From positions 64,001 through 128,000 of the forward strand of contig CBDDDZ010000003.1 in the NCBI GenBank assembly GCA_965226795.1: a stretch of DNA of 64,000 nt, in the 5' to 3' direction. The position numbers were made by a program, and so were the translations under genes. The stretch comes from Candidatus Latescibacterota bacterium. Its GTDB lineage: Bacteria; Latescibacterota; UBA2968; GCA-2709665. Of this stretch, positions 1 to 9,497 are shown in pieces. Position 1 is the first letter of the stretch; each line of letters opens with the position of its first letter. The notes under the pieces were generated by a model. That model saw only the letters and a program-made list of their open reading frames with translations. It did not search any database and was not told the origin of the DNA.

Positions 1-1803
1 GGGTGGCCGGAGTACGCCCGTGCGCTTCTGAACGAGGGCGTAACGGACGAGAACGGATTCAGGAGTTACGACGATCTGTTCGAAGTACCGCTCACAAGAG
101 CCGAACTGGAACGCGCCGCCGGGAAACTCCCGAAATGGCCCGTGGAGAGCGATAACCTGGGAGGGGTGGGATTCGTGATCTTGCGCAGCGGGCGGGCGGA
201 GAACCAGTTGGCGGCCGTGCTTCAGTACGGGCACGCCAATGCCGGCCACGCGCATCGGGACCGGTTGAACCTGGAGGTCATCGCGGGCGACAAGCGGGTT
301 GTGCCCGATACGGGCTATCCCACACACGCGGCCGAACATCCGGACCCGCCTGTCTGGGAAAAGAATACCATCAGCCACGTTACGGTTGTCGTGAACGAGA
401 CCCGCCAGGACACGGCCGACGAAGGCCGCCTGGAACGGTTCGGAGCAACCCCTCAATTGCAGCACGTGGAACTTTCGGCGCAGCGGGCCTACCTGGATGC
501 CAACGTGTATCGACGCGGGGTGACGCTGCTGGAGTTGTCGCCGGATCTGCAGATCCTTGTGGACCTCTTCCACGTAAAGGGCGGCTGGGCGCACGACTAT
601 TCGTTCCACGGATTCGATGGGACGTTTTCAACCGCGGGCGCTTCGTTTCAAACGCAGGAGGGCGGCACCCTGGCGGGACCGGACGTCCCGTTCCGGAAGC
701 TGTACGACGATCCCGAACTGGAACGTCACGCCGCGATGCCGGGGCTGCCGGGGACAAACGGCAAGCGCAGTTACGGTTCATACCGGGGCAGCGGCTTTTC
801 CTACCTGTACGACGTACGCCGCGGGCAACCGCCGGGTGAATTCCGGGCCGATTGGCGGGATGAGGAGATGGGATTGAGGATAGTCGTACCCGAGGGCGTC
901 GCACAGGAGGTCATCACCGCCCATGGCAAAACGCCCAACAAACCAGGTGCGCCCGAGCATCTGGATTATGTCCTGTTGCGGAATCGGGGAGACCGCGAAC
1001 GAGGCGGTCTGAACAGTCTGTTCGCCGTTGTGTGCGAGGCATATCGGAAATCCCCGAAGCTGACGGGTGTGAGGCGCCTGGACCTGGTCGCAGGCGAGGA
1101 CGCAATCGGTTTGGAAATTTCCTGGCAGGATGGAAGATGTTATCTGCTCAGCGCGTTGGCGGACGAGGGCCGATCCGTCTTTGAGGGCGATCTTGAACTG
1201 GATGGCGGATTCGGGGTGTTGACCCAAGACGCGAAGGGCCGTCCGTCATGGGCGTGTTTATCGGGAAAGAGGCTGGGAGCCGGCGACGTCGACGTAGCGG
1301 GCGCGGGCACATGGCGAGGGCGAATTGCCGGAATGGACGCCGGAAACTGCCGGGTGATGGTCTCGTCGGACACTGGCGGAGCGCCGGCGGCGGGCGAGAC
1401 ACTGATGGTGTCGAACCCTCCCCACGCGTGCAATTTCCCGATTAAGTCGGTGGAGCCCGCAGGCGACGGATGGCTTTGTTCGCTGGATGCGGAGCGGCTG
1501 CACGTCGGACGGTTTGTTGTAGAGGCGGAGACGGAGGACGGTTTGTTGACCAGGACGTGGATTCACCGGGAATGGGAGGATACGGAAGATTCGGGATGTC
1601 ATTATCTCAAGGGCGCCCGGCTGGCCTACAGGGAACGACTCCACACCATCGAGCGGGTGATACCGCGAGAGGAGGGTGGACACCGGTTTGTGCTGCGGGA
1701 TGCGATTCCGTGGCCCGACGCGCCGGACGACATCCCGGTGATTTACGACCTGGGGCCGGGGGATTCGTGCGTTGTGCGGCCGATGGTGTTCGTGGAGCTT
1801 TGA
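1..1803 (+). CDS. Heparinase II/III-like polysaccharide lyase, 5'-partial
   Basis: Frame is open from base 1 (GWPEYARALL...). GHAHRDRLNL, PDTGYP and 'NTISHVTVVVN' are typical heparinase II/III C-terminal motifs. Confidence 0.75.
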   Translation, partial: GWPEYARALLNEGVTDENGFRSYDDLFEVPLTRAELERAAGKLPKWPVESDNLGGVGFVILRSGRAENQLAAVLQYGHANAGHAHRDRLNLEVIAGDKRVVPDTGYPTHAAEHPDPPVWEKNTISHVTVVVNETRQDTADEGRLERFGATPQLQHVELSAQRAYLDANVYRRGVTLLELSPDLQILVDLFHVKGGWAHDYSFHGFDGTFSTAGASFQTQEGGTLAGPDVPFRKLYDDPELERHAAMPGLPGTNGKRSYGSYRGSGFSYLYDVRRGQPPGEFRADWRDEEMGLRIVVPEGVAQEVITAHGKTPNKPGAPEHLDYVLLRNRGDRERGGLNSLFAVVCEAYRKSPKLTGVRRLDLVAGEDAIGLEISWQDGRCYLLSALADEGRSVFEGDLELDGGFGVLTQDAKGRPSWACLSGKRLGAGDVDVAGAGTWRGRIAGMDAGNCRVMVSSDTGGAPAAGETLMVSNPPHACNFPIKSVEPAGDGWLCSLDAERLHVGRFVVEAETEDGLLTRTWIHREWEDTEDSGCHYLKGARLAYRERLHTIERVIPREEGGHRFVLRDAIPWPDAPDDIPVIYDLGPGDSCVVRPMVFVEL

Positions 1804-1904
1804 TGGCAGCGAACCGGCTGAAACTCGCCGACCAATCACGATATTTCGCCCGGATTTTTTCATCAATCGAAACGATAAGCATAATAAGCAAAGGAGGGAA
1901 GCAG

Positions 1905-2939
1905 ATGGCGCAGCGCGTGGGTGTGATCGGCCTCGGTATTATGGGAAGTAGCGTGACGCAGGTCCTGCACCGGAATCCGCTGGTTGAGTTGGCGGCATTC
2001 TGCACGCTGGACGCCGAAAAGCTCCGCAAGGCACAGGCCGAATTTTCGGTTTCCGGCGGGTACGTGAATTATCACGAGATGTTGGAGAAGGAGACGCTGG
2101 ACATGGTCTACATCGCCACGCCGGACTGGGCCCACCGCGATCCGGTCATTGCCTGTCTGGAGGCGGGTTGTCACGTGCACGTGGAGAAACCGATGACAAC
2201 GGACCTGGGCGAGGCCACTGAAATCGTGGAGAAAGTGAAACGCACAGGTCTGAAACTACAGGTCTCGTATAACCACCGGTGGCTGGCGCCCTACAATGCC
2301 ACGTGGAATATGATTCGCGAAGGGGAAATCGGCAGACCGCTGATGGGTTATGCGCGCAAAAACAATCCCATCTCCGTACCGACGGAGATGTTGCCCTGGG
2401 CGGCGGAGTCTTCGCCGGCCTGGTTCCTGTCGGCGCACGATATCGACCTGATGTGCTGGTGGTTCGATCAAAGTCCGGTCGAAGTCCACGGCTACGGAAT
2501 CAAAAAGGTACTGGCGGCCAGGGGCATCGATACGTACGACATGTTGCAGGGGCTCGTGAAGTTCGACGGCGGGTCCGTCGCCACGTTCGAGTCGGCCTGG
2601 ATCTACCCCAATACCCATCCGTCGATGCCGGATTCCTTTATGGAGGTAATCGGCGAGAAGGGTCATGTACATCTGGACCGCAAGGCCGAGGCGATTGAGA
2701 TGAGTACCGAGGAAAAGTTCAAATGGCCGCGGTCACTGCTGAACTACAAGGTATTCGACAAATGGGTGGGCGCGTTTCCGTCGTGCGTGAACAGCTTTGT
2801 GGATGCCGTCATTGAAGATCGGACGCCTTTCGTGACGGCGTTGGACGGGTGGCGAGCGACCGCGGTGCTGGACGCGTGGCACCAGTCCGCGGACAACGGC
2901 GGTATCGTACCAGTGGCGGATGCGCCCGCGTGGCCGTAA
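1905..2939 (+). CDS. Gfo/Idh/MocA family oxidoreductase
   Basis: GVIGLGIMG Rossmann motif, IATPDWAH, HVHVEKP, HDID. ATG at 1905 follows the RBS AAGGAGG; the track ORF start at 1470 is an over-extension. Confidence 0.92.
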   Translation: MAQRVGVIGLGIMGSSVTQVLHRNPLVELAAFCTLDAEKLRKAQAEFSVSGGYVNYHEMLEKETLDMVYIATPDWAHRDPVIACLEAGCHVHVEKPMTTDLGEATEIVEKVKRTGLKLQVSYNHRWLAPYNATWNMIREGEIGRPLMGYARKNNPISVPTEMLPWAAESSPAWFLSAHDIDLMCWWFDQSPVEVHGYGIKKVLAARGIDTYDMLQGLVKFDGGSVATFESAWIYPNTHPSMPDSFMEVIGEKGHVHLDRKAEAIEMSTEEKFKWPRSLLNYKVFDKWVGAFPSCVNSFVDAVIEDRTPFVTALDGWRATAVLDAWHQSADNGGIVPVADAPAWP

Positions 2940-2954
2940 AAGGGGGTCCGGACG

Positions 2955-3803
2955 ATGTCAAAGGGAGAAAAACGGATCGGTTTCGTAGATTACAATCTCG
3001 AAAACTTTCATTCCAATGTCTACCTGAAGCTTCTCCGCAATGAACTGAAACATCGGGGGTTCGTCGTTGCCGGTTGTACGGGCATGCGGCCTCGGGCCGG
3101 CAGGACGTGGGCCCGGTCGAACGACGTGCCCTATTTCCCCGACGCGGCCGGGTTGAACGAGGCGGTGGACTACTTCATGGTGTTGGCGCCCTCAACCCCG
3201 GAGACGCACCTTGAACTGTGCGGGCAGGTATTTCCCTTCGGTAAGCCCACGTACGTGGACAAGACCTTCGCGCCGGACCTGCGAACGGCCGGGCGAATTT
3301 TCGCGCTGGCGGACCGGCATCGGGTGCCCATGCAGACGACATCCGCGTTGCGTTATACCGAAGTGCAGGACTACGTGGAAGAGGTCGGGCGTAGGCAGGT
3401 CCGGCACATGGTAACCTGGGGCGGCGGGCGGTCCTTTGCCGAATACGCGATCCATCCCCTGGAATTGGCCATCAGCTGTATGGGGCCAGGCGTGCGCCGG
3501 ATGATGCGCCGGGGCGCCGGAAAACAATCGCAACTGCTGCTGGATTTTTCGGGAGGACGTACCGCGGTCGTGAACGTGTACACCGGGTCGAGTACACCCT
3601 ATGCGGCTTCGGTGACCACCACCGGGGCGACACGGCACTTCCAGGTCGACTCGGGTCGCATTTTTCTGAATACCGCGGATGCCGTGCTGGATCTGTTCGA
3701 ATCCGGGGAACCCGGTATCGACAGGAAAGAGAGCCTGATCATTCGCAGGATTCTGGACGCGGCCGGACAGAATCGGGCACTGTCGGGCTTTGTGAGACTG
3801 TAA
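2955..3803 (+). CDS. Gfo/Idh/MocA-like oxidoreductase (divergent)
   Basis: PTYVDKTFA, TSALRY and YAIHPLE motifs; 15 bp downstream of the previous gene. Confidence 0.75.
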   Translation: MSKGEKRIGFVDYNLENFHSNVYLKLLRNELKHRGFVVAGCTGMRPRAGRTWARSNDVPYFPDAAGLNEAVDYFMVLAPSTPETHLELCGQVFPFGKPTYVDKTFAPDLRTAGRIFALADRHRVPMQTTSALRYTEVQDYVEEVGRRQVRHMVTWGGGRSFAEYAIHPLELAISCMGPGVRRMMRRGAGKQSQLLLDFSGGRTAVVNVYTGSSTPYAASVTTTGATRHFQVDSGRIFLNTADAVLDLFESGEPGIDRKESLIIRRILDAAGQNRALSGFVRL

Positions 3804-3865
3804 CGAAGGAACCGCTTCCCGCCACCCATGATGCAGAATTTATGCCACCCCCAAACGTCCCCTAT

Positions 3866-4101
3866 TCCCTTGCCCTTTTTCTTGCATCGCCCAAGAAAAA
3901 GGGGGAAAAAGAAGGGCGCCTGCCTGCCGAGCACGGCTCGGCGCAGGCAGGCCGCTCGGCGCGGGGCCGGTTTTTCCGTGAATAACCTCAGAGACAAAAT
4001 TGGAGTTTGGGTGCCCTATGAGTCCCTCAGCTTGACCGATACAACGGTGCTGGACGGATTAACACGGAAAAACCCCCACACCACCACAGGACGGGCGAGG
4101 G
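3866..4101 (-). repeat. Dispersed structured intergenic element, copy 1 (candidate ncRNA or non-autonomous mobile element)
   Basis: Collinear homology with 34315-34613 (same orientation) and 60563-60825 (inverted); compensatory changes in several stems. Confidence 0.85.
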
Positions 4102-4173
4102 TTAAACGGGATGGATCGTCGCATGGATCTACGGTCGTACCGCCAATCGCCGTCTGCTTCCCGCCTGGTTCAT

Positions 4174-4213
4174 CTCCCCCTTTCCTTTAGGAGAGGGGGC
4201 CGGGGGGAGAGGT
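4174..4213. repeat. REP-like imperfect palindrome
   Basis: ctccccctttcctttaggagagggggccggggggagagg folds as a hairpin; single copy in this window. Confidence 0.45.
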
Positions 4214-4250
4214 CACGGCGCTGACGTCAATTGATTGGGTTTTTGCTTCA

Positions 4251-4285
4251 AGCTGATAGCTGTAAGCTGATGGCTAATAGCTGCT
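4251..4285. repeat. Degenerate heptamer tandem repeat (5 units)
   Basis: agctgat agctgta agctgat ggctaat agctgct. Confidence 0.7.
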
Positions 4286-4342
4286 GTTGCTGATTCTCGA
4301 CGGCTAAAGTCTGGCGATCAATTGCCGGGACAAACAACGGCG

Positions 4343-7057
4343 TCAGTCCTCCTCTGCAAACTCGGCGGCCTTGAGGAGGGTGACGGCGTCGCATTCGGTG
4401 GCCGGGTAATCGCGTACGGTAATAGATCTCTCCGTAGCGGCTTCGATTTCGTACCCGGTATCGCCACACAGCAGATAGGTCCCGGGAAGGGCATCGGGGT
4501 CGGGCGCGGCGTTTCGGAGATGGTAGGTGCGATCGGAGACGCCGGTGACCTCGAGGGAGATCTCCGCACTGTCGACTGTCAGCGCGTGCCCGTTGCAGCG
4601 GATTTCGGTACCGCACAGCAGATAGGCGCGGAGCAGGCGTCCACCGTCATCGACGGAAGCAAAGGCGAACCGGCCTGTGATGGACAATGGTCCGACGTCG
4701 TGGGCGCCGCCCTCCGGCGCAGAGAGGATGTAGTCCGTACATCCCTGGCGACGGACGGCGACCGCCATCGCGCCGGTGTCCGGATCGTCCACGAGCAGGC
4801 GGGAAGATTGGACGGACGAACTTTCGACGTACGGTGAAATCACCGCTGCATATTGGCTGGTCAGATGCGTATCGTCGCCGCGTTCCGCCAGGATCTGCTG
4901 CACGGGCGGGGCGTTGAGTTCCTCGCCCAGGTCCGAGCGCCAGCCCGGAGCGTCCGCGAGAAGCAGACGATGGATAGGGTTGAGCAGCGTGAGGTCCAGT
5001 CGCACGTCCTGGTTTTCCCATGTAGCGGTGAATGGACCTTGAGGCCGGTCGGCGCGGATGTTGGCCAGCCATTCGATGTGTTCGTCGACGGGTTTCGGGT
5101 CGGCGCCGACAATGCCGGTGAGGCGGCCGTTGCAGTGAAAGCCATATTGGTGACGTAGGCCGCCGTTCACCTGGAAAAGGTCGACGGCGTAGGTCTGATC
5201 GCCGGGGATCCGGACCAGGACGCAGGTGCGCCGGTACAGATGGCACTGCTGGTATGGCGCCGCGGTTGCCTGTACGACCTCGACGCCCGCGCCCGCGCCG
5301 AAGAGTTCCAGCGCGGCCGGCCTACCGCTGCCGATCTGGTTCTGTCCGTCTACAGTGACGATGTTGTGGGAGAGCGTGCTTTTGGTCCAGGCGTTTCTGG
5401 GGTCGTCCCAGATATAACCCCTGTCCGCCGCCATCTCCCGCCCATGGGCGATGTAGATGATCCCCAGGGTGTCGTTGTGGCGATGGCCGCCATACGCATA
5501 TCCGTTCAGGTAGAACGCGGTATGTCCCCTCGGATTTCCGCCCCGGAGAACGCCGACGTGCCAGCCGGGAAACCATTCGGTATGTTGAGGGAGGTCGGTT
5601 TCGTCGCCCACTTTCAGGTCGGGGTCCCGGTGCCAGAGGGCGTATTCCTCCCCTTTCAGTGACAGTGGCGCCCCCTGGGATTTCTCCAGCAGGGCGGCGT
5701 AGCGGCTGCCGTAGTGGGCGGCCAGGACCTCGGCGTAGATGGGGTCGATGGTCCGACCCTCCCCGGAGTCTCCGATGACAGGATCCTGCAGGTTCGGATC
5801 CAGCATGCGGACCATGCTCTCCAGGGCCAGACGATAGCGGTCGAAGTGTTTAAAGGGGTCCAGGTTCGTTATAGCGGCGCCCGTGTCCGGTTCGTACCCG
5901 TCGGGGTCGGAGTACCCGTTGAGCAATTCGGGAATTTCTCGCAGAAGGTTGAGATGCATGGAGGAGTAGCTGGGAGACTCTGTGCAAAAACCGTCAGAGT
6001 GGAACGCGTCCTCCAGAAGCGCTTCAAACCCCTGGATCGCCCGGCGTACGCCTTGCGGTCTATCGAACAGAATACCCACCGCGGCGCTGAGCGCCCGGCC
6101 GGGACCGCATTTGTTGTTGATGTCGTTCCAGTTTTCGGTGTCCGCGCAACCGGCAAGGATGAGGTCGTCAACGATGCGCCGGTCCATTCCGGGCGTAATG
6201 ACATGGGAGCCGTCGGGATGCCGGGCGGATCGGATCAGGTCATATGCCAGCGCGACCCGGAGAATGTATCCGCCATCGGAGCCGCTGCAGCCAAAGCGTC
6301 CGGCGCCCCAGAAGCCGTTGTTGAGTACCGCGTGGTCATCCACCCTGTGCCGGCCCTCAAAGGCGGAAACAATGGTTTCCACGGGAAATCGGCCGGCGGG
6401 GGGGTATCTGCCCATGGATGCCGCGGCTTCCGCCGGTGGACAATCCGCAACGGTGCCGTCGTAGGAGTGGAATAACCAGTTGGGATACCGCCGCGCCATA
6501 CAGTCCATAATCCACGCGCTCCACTGCGCGTACTGCACGTCGTCGGTGAGTGCGTACAACTTGGCGAGAGGAAGCATCTGTTCGTAGCACCAGCGGCTTT
6601 TCTTTGAGCGGATGACGCCGGTCCAGCTTGTGTGGACGGGCCATCGGACCCATTTGAACGCGTGTTCGCCCGATCTGTCTTCAGGGTGTGCGCGTTCCGC
6701 ATCGGTGAGATAGAAGGTGAACGTCTGGTTCATTCCGGGTGCGGTGACGCTGCCGGTCTCGGGATAATCGGCGTTGGGGTACTCGGTTTTGCAGTACCTG
6801 CAGATGAGTCGGTCCGGATCGGTCGGGTCCCAGTCGTAGATACCGCATTCGCCCATGGAAGAGAGACGGTCTACACAGGCTGGGCAGTTCTGGCCGTACT
6901 CGGGCCAGGGGGTGAGTTCCGGCATCATCGCCTCGACAAAATCCCTGTCCCGGCCAGTGAGGTAGTCGACCTCTTTTTTCCAGTCTTCGACGATGGCCTG
7001 CGCCCAGGTATGGCGGCGCAGGTTCTCCCGCGCGATTTCAACGTTGAGAAGAGGCAT
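4343..7057 (-). CDS. Heparinase II/III-like polysaccharide lyase
   Basis: DGFCTESPSYS, GGHRHNDTLG, ADRGY and STLSHNIVTVDG motifs; N-terminal CxxC pairs (CPAC, CRYC); RBS AGGAG precedes the ATG at 7057. Confidence 0.8.
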   Translation of the reverse strand: MPLLNVEIARENLRRHTWAQAIVEDWKKEVDYLTGRDRDFVEAMMPELTPWPEYGQNCPACVDRLSSMGECGIYDWDPTDPDRLICRYCKTEYPNADYPETGSVTAPGMNQTFTFYLTDAERAHPEDRSGEHAFKWVRWPVHTSWTGVIRSKKSRWCYEQMLPLAKLYALTDDVQYAQWSAWIMDCMARRYPNWLFHSYDGTVADCPPAEAAASMGRYPPAGRFPVETIVSAFEGRHRVDDHAVLNNGFWGAGRFGCSGSDGGYILRVALAYDLIRSARHPDGSHVITPGMDRRIVDDLILAGCADTENWNDINNKCGPGRALSAAVGILFDRPQGVRRAIQGFEALLEDAFHSDGFCTESPSYSSMHLNLLREIPELLNGYSDPDGYEPDTGAAITNLDPFKHFDRYRLALESMVRMLDPNLQDPVIGDSGEGRTIDPIYAEVLAAHYGSRYAALLEKSQGAPLSLKGEEYALWHRDPDLKVGDETDLPQHTEWFPGWHVGVLRGGNPRGHTAFYLNGYAYGGHRHNDTLGIIYIAHGREMAADRGYIWDDPRNAWTKSTLSHNIVTVDGQNQIGSGRPAALELFGAGAGVEVVQATAAPYQQCHLYRRTCVLVRIPGDQTYAVDLFQVNGGLRHQYGFHCNGRLTGIVGADPKPVDEHIEWLANIRADRPQGPFTATWENQDVRLDLTLLNPIHRLLLADAPGWRSDLGEELNAPPVQQILAERGDDTHLTSQYAAVISPYVESSSVQSSRLLVDDPDTGAMAVAVRRQGCTDYILSAPEGGAHDVGPLSITGRFAFASVDDGGRLLRAYLLCGTEIRCNGHALTVDSAEISLEVTGVSDRTYHLRNAAPDPDALPGTYLLCGDTGYEIEAATERSITVRDYPATECDAVTLLKAAEFAEED

Positions 7058-7271
7058 AACAACTCCTGTTCGAGACGTCACAGCCCAGACAAACGGCAGG
7101 ACGTTGATGGAACGTGGAAGGGTGATGCCGATCGGAATCGGACCCCCACGTACGGGATCGGTGCGGGGCAGCCGAGGCGGCGAACGATCGCGCAGGGCGG
7201 GCGCGGCTTCAACCCGGGCATTCGAACATACAGGAGATGGAGGCGGCAGCGCTCAATAGCGCACTGAACGT

Positions 7272-8486
7272 CTACTTCTCCATGAACGGGCCGTGCTGTT
7301 CAAGGCGTTGCAGCGTCTCTTGGAACGCCTCCGTGCCGTCGTCCTCCCACACGTCCAGGCGGATGCCCCGGGTATTGCCTTCAGGGAAGCCGGTGAGGCG
7401 GGCCACGTCGGGGAAGCCCTTCGTGTAAAGTCTGTTCCCGCCCGGAAGGTGCAGGATGCCGATCGTGGTTGGGATAACACTGGGTTTGTTGGACGCGCAT
7501 ACGGCCAGCGCGTCTTCGTCGACCTCCACGCCGAGACCGGGGCCCTCCGGTACCGGAGACGAACCGGCCGCCACCTCGATTCGCTGTTTGACAACGTCTT
7601 CGTCGTACTGATCGTCCAAGTTGGTGGAATGGGCCACGTTCGGAATTACGGCGCCCATATGCAGGGCCATCGCCTTGGTAAGGGTGCCGCCCGTGAGCTG
7701 GATGACTGACGAGACGTTGGCCAGTGCCGCGGCAAAGCCGCGCACGATGGTGGGGCCGATTCCGCCTTCGCCGATCATATAGGCGTCGGCGCAACCCCGG
7801 ATGATTTCCTGTCCGCCACCGAGCTGAGGGACGTGCATCAACAGAGGAAAGCTGGTCTTCTGCCGCAGCAGGCGCCACCCTTCCACGTCGGACAGAACGA
7901 GTGGATCCTCGATCATACCGACCACGGTTGTGCCCTCCAGCTGCTTCAGAATTCGCAGGACGGCTGCGAGCGGCCGGTTGTGATTGAAGTCGTAGTGCAT
8001 CTTGAATCCGGGCGGCGCCACTTCCTCCACCGCCCGGGTCTGTTCAAAGATGTCGTAATAGGCGCAGGTATGGATCTTGAAGATCATATATCCCTGGTCA
8101 ACCGCACGCACCACCTCTTTGGCCAGATCTTCCGGCGACGCCGGGCGGGTCCACGCCGCCACGGGCACCCGGTCGCGTATCTTCTGGCCCATGAGTTTGT
8201 ACGCGGGAATCTCGAGATGCTTGCCCATGGCGTCGTACAGCGCGCCCATCAGGCCGGAATTGAGATTGGCGTTAATAAAATCGAAGGGGTCACGGTCAAC
8301 GAGGTGCGCCACGGTGGATCTCTCGGGCGCCTCGCAGCGCGCATCGCCGTATCCGACGATGCCGTTGTCCGTTGTAATTTTGAATATGGTGCGATGGTTC
8401 AGCTTGATGAACCGCGCTTTCTGATCGGCGTTCCGGTCGGCGATTCTCGGATAGATGGGGATCATTTCGATGTCGGCGATTTTCAT
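7272..8486 (-). CDS. Mandelate racemase/muconate lactonizing enzyme (enolase superfamily)
   Basis: TDNGIVGYG, ALYDAMGKHLEIPAYKLMG, FKIH, YDFN, IEDP and PEGPGLGVEVDE motifs. Confidence 0.9.
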   Translation of the reverse strand: MKIADIEMIPIYPRIADRNADQKARFIKLNHRTIFKITTDNGIVGYGDARCEAPERSTVAHLVDRDPFDFINANLNSGLMGALYDAMGKHLEIPAYKLMGQKIRDRVPVAAWTRPASPEDLAKEVVRAVDQGYMIFKIHTCAYYDIFEQTRAVEEVAPPGFKMHYDFNHNRPLAAVLRILKQLEGTTVVGMIEDPLVLSDVEGWRLLRQKTSFPLLMHVPQLGGGQEIIRGCADAYMIGEGGIGPTIVRGFAAALANVSSVIQLTGGTLTKAMALHMGAVIPNVAHSTNLDDQYDEDVVKQRIEVAAGSSPVPEGPGLGVEVDEDALAVCASNKPSVIPTTIGILHLPGGNRLYTKGFPDVARLTGFPEGNTRGIRLDVWEDDGTEAFQETLQRLEQHGPFMEK

Positions 8487-8574
8487 GATGAATTCCTTAA
8501 TAACGGGATAACGGGAAGATTACGGCCTGAAATCGCGGCAATGTCCGTATATCAGGGTTGTCGAACTCCGCTCG

Positions 8575-8655
8575 TCAGACCTTCACGGGCCACGTAATAT
8601 CTACGCCGGGCAGTATCCTGCGCAAGAGGGATCTTAACTGGTCCGCCGCGGATGG
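8575..8655 (-). pseudogene. Orphan duplicate of the last 26 codons plus stop of the DHDPS-family gene
   Basis: Ungapped match to 9498-9578 (64/81 nt by hand). Translates PSAADQLRSLLRRILPGVDITWPVKV* versus PSTADQLNTLLRSILPGVDITGPVVS*. Confidence 0.85.
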
Positions 8656-8789
8656 GATTTGTGCTTTACGCCCATGGGTGCAATATATCGCCCTTTTAAC
8701 TTGACATCAAAAATATCTCGGAAATATTGCTTGCCTTCCATCCAGTCAAAGACCCATATGCACACGATGGAGAAAGGAATCCATATATC

Positions 8790-9455
8790 ATGGCTGTAGA
8801 GGTAGGACAGACCGCGCCCAACTTCGGAGTCTCTTGCTGGGTGCAGGGCGCCCCGACCAACTTCGACCGGGAGCGGGATCACATCGTGGCGCTGGAAGTC
8901 CTCCAGGTCAATTGTCCCGGATGCTTCATGTATGCCATTCCTGAAGCGATTCGCGTGTACAACAGGTACAAGGAGGACGGGGTGCGCGTCCTTGGACTGG
9001 CCACCGCCTTCGAGGACTTTGACAAAAACACGCTTGACAACCTCAGGCTCCTGGCTGAGACCGGTCAGGTGATCGGGGAGACCAGGAGGGCACTCGCAAT
9101 GAGCGGGCAGTTGCAGGAGGGAGACCGGCTGCCCTACAAGATCCCGTTTCCGATTGGGATGGACAACCTTACGAGGACGTCCGGCGAACCCCGCCGCGAA
9201 GCGATTATGGACGTGATATACCCTCAGATACCCGACTTCGACTCGCAGCCTGAGACCTACAGGGTGCAGATCATTCAGAGGGTGAAGGACTATCTGACTG
9301 CAAAGGAATATTCGGCCGAGACGTTCGAGAAGTTCGCCCTGCGCGGAACGCCGTCCACCATACTGATCGACCGCAAGGGTGTCCTCAGGGACGTGTCTTT
9401 TGGCCGGACGGGCCACCTGGAGGCGATGATCCAGGGGATCCTCAGGGAAGACTGA
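8790..9455 (+). CDS. TlpA/AhpC-TSA-like thioredoxin-fold redoxin
   Basis: VGQTAPNF, QVNCPGC (CxxC), GTPSTILIDRKG; RBS AAAGGA upstream of ATG 8790. Confidence 0.88.
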   Translation: MAVEVGQTAPNFGVSCWVQGAPTNFDRERDHIVALEVLQVNCPGCFMYAIPEAIRVYNRYKEDGVRVLGLATAFEDFDKNTLDNLRLLAETGQVIGETRRALAMSGQLQEGDRLPYKIPFPIGMDNLTRTSGEPRREAIMDVIYPQIPDFDSQPETYRVQIIQRVKDYLTAKEYSAETFEKFALRGTPSTILIDRKGVLRDVSFGRTGHLEAMIQGILRED

Positions 9456-9497
9456 GTCAGCGGGTTACGGCGAGTACCACCCGCAGTGCGGCCGCTG

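Noticed and set aside
1470..1904. N-terminal extension of the Gfo/Idh/MocA ORF
   Set aside because: Overlaps the upstream lyase gene; a strong RBS and the family N-terminus point to ATG 1905.
3828..4190. Small ORFs sharing KKKGACLPSTARRRQAA (also 34277-34555)
   Set aside because: Translation of the non-coding repeat; the frame is not conserved in copy 3 and the changes preserve pairing, not codons.
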